A stretch of 64,000 bases of DNA from Eledone cirrhosa (Eukaryota). The translations under genes and the position numbers were made by a program. Positions within the stretch are counted from its first letter, which is position 1, and each line of letters begins with the position of its first letter. The stretch is taken from contig OZ024743.1 of the NCBI GenBank assembly GCA_964016885.1, positions 73,532,001-73,596,000 on the forward strand, written 5' to 3'. This document shows, piece after piece, positions 40,430-54,900 of this stretch. The notes below the pieces were generated by a model, which searched no databases, was not told where the DNA came from, and saw only the letters and a program-made list of their open reading frames with translations.

Positions 40430-40480
40430 AGTTTCAGAAGATCCCGTTAAGGGTGAAAACAGCGATTCTTTGCTTAAACT
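40430..40480 (+). ncRNA. Type I hammerhead in the Naiad-like pLTR, core CAGAAGA (U4 changed to A); inverted copy at 37634-37684
   Basis: AGTTT-CAGAAGA-tCCC-gttaa-GGGt-GAAA-(G/A)CA-gcgattctt-TGCT-T-AAACT. Confidence 0.7.
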
Positions 40481-40782
40481 TTAATCTGTTATTTTAATAA
40501 ATATTTGCTCTACGGTTCTTATATATTTGATATATATTTATCCTTATCGAGCCCTCTTTGGATTTTAGTCTTCAAATTTATTATTATTACTATATATATA
40601 TATATACACACACGTATATATACATACACATATACATACATACATACATATACACATATATACATATATATTTATACACACACACACATATTTATATATA
40701 TATACAACTACATATACATATATATATATATATGTGTATATATATATTTAGATAAATATATGTATTTGTGTGTATATGTAGT

Positions 40783-40820
<38 letters not shown>

Positions 40821-40826
<6 letters not shown>

Positions 40827-41216
40827 TAAACGGAATAGAAAATGCTGACAAATTGTTCACAGTTGAAAAATGGTTTAATTAGGAATAAAAGAGTATTAGT
40901 GATTGTATGGGTTAGTATTCAGTTGTGGTTTTAAGTTTTTAAGTTTTTACCGGTTGCGCATTTCTAAATGCTTTTCAAAAATAATTTTGAGATAGAGTGT
41001 CCGTGCTGTTTGCTCTGATCAGAGCAGACAGCACGGACACTCTATCTCAAAATTATTTTTGAAAAGCATTTAGAAATGCGCAACCGGTAAAAACTTAAAA
41101 ACTTAAAACCACAACTGAATACTAACCCATACAATCACTAATACTCTTTTATTCCTAATTAAACCATTTTTCAACTGTGAACAATTTGTCAGCATTTTCT
41201 ATTCCGTTTACCAATA
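40821..41216. repeat. Spacerless palindrome (about 198 bp arms) carrying U3-A8 HHR-like motifs
   Basis: Centre tgatca at 41016-41021; ttt-TTGAAAA-GCAT..ATGC-GCAA-CCGGT-A-aaa at 41056-41092; partial copy at 36613-36832. Confidence 0.88.
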
Positions 41217-41249
41217 TATAATAACTTGTGTGTTACACCTCTATTCTTT

Positions 41250-41288
<39 letters not shown>

Positions 41289-41337
41289 AAAGTTATATTT
41301 AAATTGTTGTGTTACAACTAGTAAATATTTATAACTG

Positions 41338-41382
<45 letters not shown>

Positions 41383-41504
41383 TGTGTGTGAATATATGTG
41401 TGTATGGATACATATGTATATATGAGTATATGTATGTATGTATATGTGTATGTGTGTATGTATGTATGTAAGTATGTGTGTATGGATGTGTATATGTGTG
41501 TGTG

Positions 41505-41549
<45 letters not shown>

Positions 41550-42101
41550 AGATATGTGTATATATATATATATATGTGTGTGTGTGTACGTATGTATATG
41601 TGTATGTGTGTATATATATATATGAGTATGTGAGTGTATATATATATGTGTGTGCGTGTGTGATTATAGACACCTGACCATTTCGGCAGACCCACCAATG
41701 AATGGCCATTGTTAGCTTAAATGAACGTTAAATATCAGGAGTCCCCCCCCCCCCCACCACCACCACCACCACATGTGAACCTGTCTACAGACACTTAGCA
41801 TCAATTTTGTTCTGCTTTTGTTACTCTAAATATAGTTTTTAAAGAATTCCCTTTTCTTTAAACCCATCAACCAATGCCCTCCACCCATCCCAATCACCAC
41901 CCTCTCCTACCACCAGAAAAGGTATAAATACCACCATATTACTTGGACAGACGGCTTCCTGATGATTCCTCCCGAATTAAACAGTTTCAGTCCTGTAGAA
42001 GCCATTTCTATATTAAATATATATATAAGTTAAAACAGAAAACAAAAACAATAACGAAGAGTGCAGTACAAAGTGTTAGTATTAGGTTCACGCTTGAGAG
42101 T

Positions 42102-42232
<131 letters not shown>

Positions 42233-42489
42233 TGCAATCAATTATTGCCCCTTCCAAGCTAATGTTCAATGACTAGTCAATCAGTAAACATATAGATTAG
42301 TCACAGAAAAGACAAGACAAATAATGGTTCATTGCTTTGGTTTCGAACTCAGACAAGATCTCGATTTTCCAAATATAAAACATGAGACTGCTAGTACATT
42401 TCTTCGGCCATCCAGCACTTTATAACAAATCTAAATTGAATCTCTCTAAATTTAGAAAAAGCGCTATTTTGATTTTTGTTGATAATTAA

Positions 42490-42880
42490 GTGCAATAATT
42501 GCAGGAGCTGCTGCAGTAATGCACCAGTTTCAGCTTTCGTTTATCAGAAGGGAGGTAGGTGTAAAAGTCAAACTCGCTATCTTTAATTCGGTATTTGTGC
42601 CAACCCTTACCTAAAGACATGAATCTTGGGTAATGACTGAAAGGAGATGATTGTGAATACAAGCAGCCGAAATGGGGTTCCACCGAAGGGTCTTTTGAGT
42701 AACGTTATTTGATAGGTTGCGTAGCTCGTAGGTATGGAAGGCATTCCAGGTAGAACTGCTACTCCTCCGAATTGAGAGATCACTGCTCCGATATTATGTT
42801 CATGTGGTTAGAATGTCTCAGGAAAGATTGACTGGAGAGATTTTACGGGCAAAACTAAACGGTAGGAGACCCAAGAAATA
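42490..42880 (+). mobile_element. RTE-clade LINE fragment (same family as 31230)
   Basis: VFVPTLT..HESWVMTER..IQAAEMGF.RR..RIERS..HVVRMSQER. Confidence 0.75.
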
Positions 42881-43277
42881 GATAGATAGATAATTTTAGG
42901 GAAGCAATGAAGAATATCGGTACTATAAAACATCATACATGTGTCAAATGATTTATATACTTACTTATACTTTCCGAATTCATAATCCTTTTGCTGGTAC
43001 TAAAATAAAATACCAGTAATACACTTGATTCAATGAAACCTCAAATCGACTATAGTTTTCTTTAAATATCCATAAAACATTTGTCAATATCCTTGAAACT
43101 GAAATAATTTTCTACTTCACGTGGTTTAAAGGTTAGGATGTTCGACAGGTGATCGTATGTCCTTGAGCAAGGCACTTTATTTCACGATGTTCTGCTTCAC
43201 TCAGATAGCAATAATGAGTTGTGAAGGTGTATACTTATGTAGAAGCTATATGTGTCTGTGCAATTCTCAGCCACTTG

Positions 43278-43627
43278 TATTCTCGGATCTCAAATAAATG
43301 CCCCCTACAATCACCACCACCACTTATTAGTTTTTCTCAGATCTTTTCCAAGCCCCTCTGCTCTTATTCCACCCCCTCTCCCGGGCATTAAATTTTGATA
43401 ATCTATCTCCAACGAAAATTTAGTTCAAGTAGCATTCCTACGACAATTAATTTTCTTTATACATTAAAAAAATACATTACAAGAAATCCCATATATTATA
43501 AAATAAATAGGATGGGTTGGGGTCTCAACATGTAAACTAAATGAACAATTCTCTTTATTTTAAAAAATCAACGGAGAGAAAAATTACTGATTTTCCAGCC
43601 CCTCCCTATTATTTGGAACCCGAGAGT
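43278..43627. mobile_element. TIR MITE nested in a second SINE-like family (about 43120-43690)
   Basis: tattctcggatctcaaataa...ttatttggaacccgagagt; flank has gtccttgagcaaggcactttatttcac. Confidence 0.6.
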
Positions 43628-44666
43628 TCGTTACTGTTTCAATGTGGCCGTCTCTTTGATCGAACTGGAACAATCATCGTCGAAACCGGCCGAGGTCCAT
43701 TCAAAATATTTACCCCATGTTTATCTTTTCACGTCTTCATCTAAAGACATCAAATATATTTATAACTAACTCATCATCTAACGTTTATCTACAGTTTTTA
43801 TTGATCTTTCATTGAAGTTTTATTGATTTTTTATTCTTCAATTTGACAGAATTTATATCCATCCCTTCGTACATCCCGCTTTAATCTGTCGTCTGACAAA
43901 TTTTTATTTCATTGCCAGTCTGTCTGCCATATAATTCCAGCAACCGCAGCTTCTCTTTTATAGCTTTTTCATAAACTAAATTACAGCTATCATTCGTAAT
44001 CGAGTATGATTTGATAGTATTTACCATGCCTATGGTGTTGTCAGAAGACGCAGATACGTCTCTCTATTTATCCACTGGAACATCGAGGATATGATGACTG
44101 GGAGAAAAGGGGGCTAAAACAATGTAAGGCAAAGTGAACCTCGGCTGGATTTGAACGCAGAACACAAGGACAAGGAACAAACACGATGTCATTTACAAGT
44201 AACACCAAAGCTAAATAAGTTTTATATTTCGTTTATTCGAAATAGTCAAAGTACATTAAAAAGGTTTTCTAAGTGGATGAGAGGTGTATAAGATGTTAGA
44301 GGAAGAGCAATATTCATGAACCTTTTTATTTCCTCTTAGCCTAGTAGTGCGGAGAAATGAAGGTATTCTCAAATTTGTGACGAGACCATAATGCTAGCAA
44401 ACTGCATGGCTTCTGTTAAAAGCACCCAATGGTCATGTGGTAGTATTAAATACGAGCTCACAAAACTAAATCAACAAAGCCTGTTTCTTCAACTAAACAG
44501 AAATAAATATTGGGCTGTATGAATTCAAATTCACAACAAACTATCAAAGTAGTTCTTTTTTTCCAGTAGCAAAAATAAGACAATTAGAAGTACAGTTAGA
44601 AACATTAATAGCTTGTCATGCAAGTGTTCGTAACATCGGTCATTCATCATTAGTTGTAGCTGGTTT

Positions 44667-44848
44667 CAGACCTGCCAATCTCTACAAACCCAACGAAAAA
44701 AAGTGCCCCAAAACGGGGAGAAATGAGGCCAAATTGGGAGATTTTACATAATGAAAGCTAAACCCATTTTCACAAGAGAAGCCATCTTTCAGCCAGCCCA
44801 AAGTGGGTGGGAGATCTCGCCGTCGTTCTGGGAGAGTTGACAGGTCTG
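44667..44848. mobile_element. Short TIR element (hAT-like ends)
   Basis: cagacctgccaa/ttgacaggtctg; TSD not clear. Confidence 0.55.
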
Positions 44849-45856
44849 TGATTTGAAGCTACTTAGCAAAAAATATTTTATACATATATGGCACAAAAGT
44901 CTTATTACACCATCTTTTCTGAAAGAAAACATTGAAGATATAAATATAAGTTCAACTGATCTGCTTGTGAAAAGCACCTGTATTCATGAATGTGTTAGTA
45001 CACTAAAAGATAAAATAAAAGGCATCACAATTTTTAGGATCAATTGTTATTGCAGAATACACCGCTAAAATGTTGCATCAAGATTTGAAAAAGTTCTTGG
45101 AAAATGTGGGAATTAATATTGGTTTATGATTTAAGCACAAGGCCAGTGAATTTGGGGAAGGCCAAAGTTAATTAAATAAATATCAAGACTTGATTAGTGC
45201 TTTATTTTATCGACCATCACTTGCAGCTCTTCATTTAGCTTTTGTGTTCAATTTAAAATTAAAGTGATAGAGAACCAGCTATGAAAACTAATAACACTCG
45301 CTTCGAAACGTATACTTACCTGAAAAACATGTCTTCACATAGTTTTGTTCTTCCTATTTCCACTCACAAAATTTTGGTTAAGCAAAGCTATATTACAAGA
45401 AAATATTCCAGACAACTCCCAGATACATCTCATAGCTTCCTAGGAAGATTATGATTCTACAAAAAAAAAAAAGAAAGTTACAAATTCTTCAATTCCACCC
45501 AGTATATATGTATGCGTGTAAAACTCAAAAGACTGCTATTGTGTCAAGATTTCCAAAATATATATTACCTGTATATATATATATATAGCATGCTACTAAC
45601 CAATGTAGTTGTAAAAGTGTTTTCAACAGTAACTTTTTAACGCTAACCTCAGTTTTGACAGTTGTAAATTTAATAATGAACTTGAAGAAAAACATATACA
45701 GGTAGGATTTTACTCTTAAGAAAGCCATGCTGAAGTACGAGACAGTCACCTTAAAACAAGAAGAATGGAATTCTTGATACGAGAAAACTTTAAGAATCAT
45801 ATATATATATGTGTATATATATATATATGTATATATTATATATATATATATATATA

Positions 45857-45948
<92 letters not shown>

Positions 45949-45955
<7 letters not shown>

Positions 45956-46300
45956 ATTAACAAATGGAAACTATATTTATAAAACCATATTTATTTCATT
46001 ATACATATTTCAAGGACACCAAGTTAAATTATGGTGTGCTTTCATAAGATAAAATATAATATAGATCAGTTTTATAAATAAATATTGACATACCCTTAAA
46101 AAATGCAACCGTTACTGTTGGAAGCTTCCAACAGTAATGGTTGCATTTTTTAAGGGTATGTCAATATTTATTTATAAAACTGATCTATATTATATTTTAT
46201 CTTATGAAAGCACACCATAATTTAACTTGGTGTCCTTGAAATATGTATAATGAAATAAATATGGTTTTATAAATATAGTTTCCGTTTGTTAATATCGTAT
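45949..46300. repeat. Spacerless palindrome, about 175 bp arms, in (TA)n
   Basis: Centre ggaagcttcc; only a few mismatches. Confidence 0.9.
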
Positions 46301-46384
46301 TTTTACCCCAAATATTTGTTGAGTGCTTTATATCAGTTATAAAAATATTTGCTAGTTGTATCCCAACAATTTAAATAGAACTTT

Positions 46385-46422
<38 letters not shown>

Positions 46423-46423
46423 T

Positions 46424-46461
<38 letters not shown>

Positions 46462-46516
46462 GTGAGTTTTTTTTTACAAAATGAAAAATAACCGAGGTGT
46501 CCTACACGAGTGAAAG

Positions 46517-46840
46517 TATAAAGAAAAAAAGATGAAATCGAAAATGCAGCTGGAGTTTAATTTAAAAAAAAATATATATATTTATTTGGTTCCTTTACCG
46601 GTTTCGCAGTTCTTCTGCTTTTCAATTGTAGATTTGAGATGGAGGGTCTGTGGTTTTTCCACATCTGTGAGAAAAATGTGAGAAAAGAAAGATGTGAGAA
46701 AAAACACAGACCCTCCATCTCAACTCACCTTTTGAAAAGCAGAAGAACTGCGAAACCGGTAAAGGAACCAAATAAATATATATATATATTTTTAAATAAG
46801 ACTCCAGTTGCATTTTCGATTTCATCTTTTTTTCTTTATA
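46517..46840. mobile_element. Fold-back element with U3-A8 hammerhead
   Basis: tataaagaaaaaaagatgaaatcg...cgatttcatcttttttctttata arms. Confidence 0.8.
46728..46765 (+). ncRNA. Minimal Type I hammerhead, U3-A8 core variant
   Basis: CCTT-TTGAAAA-GCAG-aagaa-CTGC-GAAA-CCGGT-A-AAGG. Confidence 0.78.
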
Positions 46841-47340
46841 TATATATATATATATAGGAGGAGGTTATAGTTCACTTGAAGCATTGTGTAATGAGGTATA
46901 AACGTTTGAATATGTCTAATAAAGCCAAAACAATGCAGGTATGGACATAGAAAAAAGAATGCAATTGCAAAAGATATTGTTGACAAATCGTCTTTTACCT
47001 TAGATTTATTTAAATGTCCTTAATTTTCGAGATAATATCTCTTCTTCAGAGGGAAATAAAGGTCTCAAACCAGCCTTCTAAATATCTTGCCAAGCCATGC
47101 TGACAGGAAATAGTATAGAGTATCTGTTCTATCTCTCATGTCAAAGAGTTAAAATTAGATGGATAAAGAGTAGTCTCCCTTTAAAAGGGTTTGTTTAGGT
47201 TTTTTTTTTGTTTGTTTTTTTTTATATATACATGCCTGTTTAAGTGTGTGGGAGAATGCATGAAGGTGTAAGTATGTGAGTGTGTGTGTGTGAGTGTGAG
47301 AAGATAAGTCTATTCGCACCGACGCTAGAGACCGAGACAC

Positions 47341-47925
47341 ACACATTTCCTGGAAGTACTCAAGCTGAACGGATACACGACATCCACCACAAACCATGCC
47401 AGAAAGAACAGAGGACACCACACCCGAGGCACTAACACTTGCTTCCTGAAGCTCCCACACTTCAGTGAAGAAACAACAACAGCCATCCGCAGAGCCATCA
47501 GACGAAAGGGACTAGATATCCAACTGGCCCACTCAGGTCCTTCTCTACGCGGACAGCTAACCAAAAGACACTCCACCAAACATGACAACTGCTGCAGACT
47601 AGCCAACTGCCCCATCAACGACATAGACCTATGCCACCAGACTTACGTCGTATACAGACTAGAGTGTGCCAAATGCAACAACTTCTACGTAGGTAGCACC
47701 ACCAGACCACTCCACATAAGAATAAAAGAACCCCTCAATACTAACGCTTCCTCATTTAAGAAACACCTAGTTAAATGCAAAAACACCGACAAAACCATAA
47801 CAGTTAGGATAGAAACTAAGGAAAGAAACCTCGGCAATCTTAGAATTAAGGAAGCACTAATTATAGATAAAACACAACCACCAGTCAATAATAGACTAGA
47901 ACTCAACACCCAATTTATAACCTGA
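47341..47925 (+). pseudogene. PLE linker plus GIY-YIG endonuclease (open frame, no start)
   Basis: LKLNGY..LKLPH..CRLANCP..LCHQTYVVYRLECAKCNNFYVGSTTRPLHIRIKE..EALII..PPVN. Confidence 0.88.
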
Positions 47926-48315
47926 TAGGGCTTCTAGCCCCATATTTACACACCCCACACACACACACACACGCTTACACCTCTACTTATTCTCTCTCAC
48001 ACATACACACACAAAACCAGTTCTAACACCAGATAACACCTATCCTCCACATTTACGAATAGACTTATCTTCTCACACTCACACACACTCACATACTTAA
48101 ACCTTCATGCATTCTCCCACACACTTAAACAGGCATGTATATATTAAAAAAAAACAATAAAAAAAACCCTAAACAAACCCCTTTTAAAGGGAGACTACTC
48201 TTTATCCATCTAATTTTAACTCTTTGACATGAGAGATAGAACAGATACTCTATACTATTTCCTGTCAGCATGGCTTGGCAAGATATTTAGAAGGCTGGTT
48301 TGAGTCCTTTATTTC

Positions 48316-48350
48316 CCTCTGAAGAAGAGATATTATCTCGAAAATTAAGG
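48316..48350 (+). ncRNA. Minimal Type I hammerhead in pLTR (inverted copy at 47018-47052)
   Basis: CCT-CTGAAGA-a-GAGAT-att-ATCTC-GAAA-ATT-A-AGG. Confidence 0.8.
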
Positions 48351-48464
48351 ACATTTAAATAAATCTAAGGTAAAAGACGATTTGTCAACAATATCTTTTG
48401 CAATTGCATTCTTTTTTCTATGTCCATACCTGCATTGTTTTGGCTTTATTATACAAATTCAAAC

Positions 48465-48525
<61 letters not shown>

Positions 48526-48571
48526 GTGTGTGTGTGTGTGTATCTGTGTATGTGTGTGTGTGTATATATGC

Positions 48572-48725
<154 letters not shown>

Positions 48726-48726
48726 T

Positions 48727-48758
<32 letters not shown>

Positions 48759-48779
48759 ATTATACATATACACACACAC

Positions 48780-48826
<47 letters not shown>

Positions 48827-48910
48827 GAAGTAATATTTAATTTGGGATACAACAAGCAAATATCTTTTTGCTTCATCATCTTATAAAATTACGTTAATAC
48901 AGCACTCTCT

Positions 48911-51900
48911 CACTACACCACACCACAACTACTACACCACACCACAACCACTACACCACACCACAACCACTAAACCACACCACAACTACTACACCACACC
49001 ACAACCACTACACCACACCACAACCACTAAACCACAACCACTACACCACACCACAACCACTACACCACACCACAACCACTACACAACACTACACAACACC
49101 ACAACCACTACACCACACCACAAACTCTACACCACACCACAACCACGACACCACACCACAACCACTACAACACACCACAACCACTACACCACAACCACTA
49201 CACCACACCACAACCACTACACCACAACCACTACACTACAACCACTACACCACAACCACTACACCACACCAAAACCACTACACCACACCACAACCACTAC
49301 ACCACACCACAACCACTACACCATAACCACTACACCACACAACAACCACTAAACCACAACCACAACTCTACAACCACTACACCACACCACAACCACTACA
49401 CCACACCACAACCACTACACCACACCACAGCCACTACACCACACCACAACCACAACACCACAACCACTACACTACACCACAACCACTACACCACACCACA
49501 ACCACTACACCATACCACAACCACTACACCACAACCACTACACCACACCACAACCACTACACCAGACCACAACGACTACACCACACCCCAACCACTACAC
49601 CAGTTCACAACCACTACACCAGACCACAACCACTACAACACACCACAACAACTACACCAAAACACAACCACTACACCACACCACAACCACTACACCACAA
49701 CCACTACATCACAACCACTACACCACAGCCACTACCCCACACCACAACCGCTACACCACACCACAACCACTACACCACACAACAACTGCTACAACACACC
49801 ACAACCATTACACCACACCACAAACACTACACCACACCACAACCACTACAACACACCACCACCACCACCCCACTACACCACAACCACTACACAACAACCA
49901 CTACACCACAACATAACCACAACACGCCACCACAACCACTACACCACACCACAACCACTACACCACACCACCTCCACCACCCCACTACACCACAACCACT
50001 ACACCACGACCACTACACCACACCATAACCACAACACCCCACCACAACCACTACACCAGACCAAAACCACTACACCACACCACAAACACTACACCAGATA
50101 ACAACCACTACAACACAACCACTACACCACAGCATAACCACTACAGCACACCACAACCACGACACAACAACAACTACACCACACCACAACCACTACAGCA
50201 CACCACAGACACTACAGCACACCACAACCACTACACTACACCATAACCACTACACCATACCACAACCACTACAGCACACCACAGCCACTACACCACAACC
50301 AGTACACAAACAACACAACCACTACACCCCACCACAACCACTACACAACCCCACAACCACGATACAACAACCACTACACCACACCATAACCACTACACCA
50401 CACCACAACCACTACACCACAACCACTACACCACACCACAAACACTACACCAGACCACAACCACTACACCACAATCACTACACCACAGCACAACCACTAC
50501 ACCACACCACAACCAGTACACAGCACCACAACTACTACACCAGAACCACTACACCAGACCACAAGCACTACACCAGACCACAACCACTACACCACACCAC
50601 AACCACTACACCAGACCACAACCACTACACCACACCACAACCACTACACCACACCACAACCACTACACCAGACCACAACCATTACACCACACCACAACCA
50701 CTTCACCACAACACAACCACTACACCACACCACAACCACTATACCAGACCACAACCACTACACCACACCATAACCACTACACCACACCACAATCACTACA
50801 CCACACCACAAACACTACACCAGACCACAACCACCACACCACAACCACTACACCACACCATAACCACTACACCACACCATAACCACTACACCACACCACA
50901 ATCACTACACCACACAACAACCACTACACCAGACCACAACCACTACACAACCCCACAACCACGATACAACAACCACTACACCACACCATAACCACTACAC
51001 CACACCACAACCACTACACCACAACCACTACACCACACCACAAACACTACACCAGACCACAACCACTACACCACAACCACTACACCACACCATAACCACT
51101 ACACCACACCACAATCACTACACCACACCACAATCCCTACACCACATCATAACCACTACAGCACACCATAACCACTACACCACACCACAACCACTACACC
51201 AGACCACAACCACTACGCAACAACCACTACACCACACCACAACCACTACACCACACCACACCACAACCACTACACCACACCTCAAGCACTACACCAGACC
51301 ACAACCACTACACCAGACCACAACCACTACACCACAACCACTACACCACAGCACAACCACTACACCACAACACAACCAATACACCAGACCACAACCACTA
51401 CACCACACCACAACCACTTCACCACAACACAACCACTACACCACACTACAACCACTACACCAGACCACAACCACTACACCACACGACAACCACTACACCA
51501 CACCACAACCACTACACCACACCACAACCACTACACAACAACCACAACCACTACAACTACACCACACTCCACCCACCACACCACAACCACTACACCACGC
51601 CAGAAGCACTACACCAAAACACAACCACTACACCACACCACAACCACTACACCACACCACAACAACTACACCACACCACAACCACTACACCACAACCACT
51701 ACACCACAACCACTACACCACAACCAATACACCTCAGCCACTACCACACGCCACAACCGCCACACCACACCACAACCACTACACGACACAACAAACGCTA
51801 CAACACACCACAACCATTACACCACACCATAAACACTACACCACACCACAACCACTACACCACACCACCACCAGCACCCCACTACACCACAACCACTACA

Positions 51901-54900
51901 CAACAACCACTACACCCCACCATAACCACAACACGCCACCACAACCACTACACCACATCACAACCACTACACCAGACCACAACCACTACACCAGAGCACA
52001 ACCACTACACAATCCACAACCACTACACCACACCACAAACACTACACCAGATAACAACCACTACAGCACACCACAACCACAACACAACAACCACTACACC
52101 ACACCACACCACAACCACTACAGCACACCACAACCACTACAGCACACCACTACCACTACACCACACCATAACCACTACACCACACCACAACCACTACAGC
52201 ACACCACAGCCACTATACCACAAGCACTACACCACAACCAGTACACCACAACACAACAACTACACCCCACCACAACCACGATACAACAACCAGTACACCA
52301 CACCACAACCACTACACCACACCACAACCACTACACCACACCACCCCACAACCACGATACAACAACCACTACAACACACCATAACCACTACACCACAACC
52401 ACTACACCACAACCACTACACCACACCACAACCACTAGACCACACCACAACCACTACACCAGACCACAACCACTACACCACAACCACTACACCACACCAC
52501 AACCACTGCACCAGACCACAACCACTACACCACAACCACTACACCGCACCACAACCACTACACCAGACAACAACCACTACGCCACACCACAATCCCTACA
52601 CCACCCACAACCACTACACCACCCCACAACCACGATACAACAACCACTACACCACACCATAACCACTACACCACACCACAACCACTACACCACACCACAA
52701 CCACTACACCAGACCACAACCACTACACCACAACCACTACACCACACCACAACCACTACACCACACCACAACCACTAAACCACACCACAACCACTACACC
52801 ACACCACAACCACTACACCACACCACAACCACTACCCCACACCACAACCACTACACCACACAACAACCACTACACCAGACCACAACCACTACATCACATC
52901 ACAACCTCAACACCAGACCACAACCACTACACCAGACCACAACCACTACACCACACCACAACCACTACACCAGACCACAACCACTACATCACATCACAAG
53001 CACTACACCACAACCACTACACCACACCTCAACCACTACATAACAACCGCTGCACCACACCACAACCACTACACCACACCACAACCACTACACCACACCA
53101 CCACCACTACACCATAACCACTACACCACATCACAACCACTACACAAGACAACAACCACTAACCCAGACCACAACCACGACACCAAAACACAACCACTAC
53201 ACCACACTACAACCACTACACCACACCACAACCACTACACCACACCACAACCACTACACCACAACCACTACACAACAACCACGACACCACAACCACTACA
53301 CCACACCCCACCGACCACACCACAACCACTACACTACACCAGAACCACTACACCAAAACACAACCACTACACCACACCACAACCACTACACCACAATCAC
53401 TACACCACAACCACTACACCACAACCACTACCCAACATCACAACCGCTACACCACACCACAACCACTACACCACACCACAACCACTACACCACTCCACAA
53501 CCACAACCACTACACCACAACCAGTACACCACACCACAACAACTAAACCACAACCACTACACCACAACAACTACTCCACACCACAACCGTACACCCCACC
53601 ACAACCACTACACCTCACCACAACCACTACACCACAACACAACCACTACACCCCACCACAACCACTACATCTCACCACAACCATGACACCCCACCACATC
53701 CACTACAGCACACCACAACCACTACACCCCACCACAACCACTACACCACAACCACTACACCACACACACTACGCCCCACCACAACCACTACACCACACCA
53801 CAACCACTACACCACACCACAACCACTACACCACACCACAACCACTACATCCCATCACAACCACTACACCACACCACAACCACTACACCAGACAACAACC
53901 ACTACACCACACCACAACCACTACACCAGACCACAACCACTACACCACAACCACTACACCACACCACAACCACTGCACCAGACCACAACCACTACACCAC
54001 AACCACTACACCGCACCACAACCACTACACCAGACAACAACCACTACACCACACCATAACCACTACACCACACCACAACCACTACACCACACCACAACCA
54101 CTACACCAGACCACAACCACTAAACCACAACCACTACACCACACCACAACCACTACACCACACCACAACCACTAAACCACACCACAACCACTACACCACA
54201 CCACAACCACTACACCACACCACAACCACTACCCCACACCACAACCACTACACCACACAACAACCACTACACCAGACCACAACCACTACATCACATCACA
54301 ACCTCAACACCAGACCACAACCACTACACCAGACCACAACCACTACACCACACCACAACCACTACACCAGACCACAACCACTACATCACATCACAAGCAC
54401 TACACCACAACCACTACACCACACCTCAACCACTACATAACAACCGCTGCACCACACCACAACCACTACACCACACCACAACCACTACACCACACCACCA
54501 CCACTACACCATAACCACTACACCACATCACAACCACTACACAAGACAACAACCACTAACCCAGACCACAACCACGACACCAAAACACAACCACTACACC
54601 ACACTACAACCACTACACCACACCACAACCACTACACCACACCACAACCACTACACCACAACCACTACACAACAACCACGACACCACAACCACTACACCA
54701 CACCCCACCGACCACACCACAACCACTACACTACACCAGAACCACTACACCAAAACACAACCACTACACCACACCACAACCACTACACCACACCACAATC
54801 ACTACACCACAACCACTACACCACAACCACTACCCAACATCACAACCGCTACACCACACCACAACCACTACACCACACCACAACCACTACACCACTCCAC

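Larger units (their letters stand above)
36195..42020. mobile_element. Composite PLE insertion with nested inverted arms
   Basis: 37300-37730 vs 40385-40790; 36835-37300 vs 41340-41722; 36195-36388 vs 41827-42020 are all inverted. Confidence 0.75.
46897..48470 (+). mobile_element. 5'-truncated Penelope-like element with an inverted 5' pLTR
   Basis: 46897-47316 is the reverse complement of about 48056-48470; GIY-YIG fragment lies between. Confidence 0.88.
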
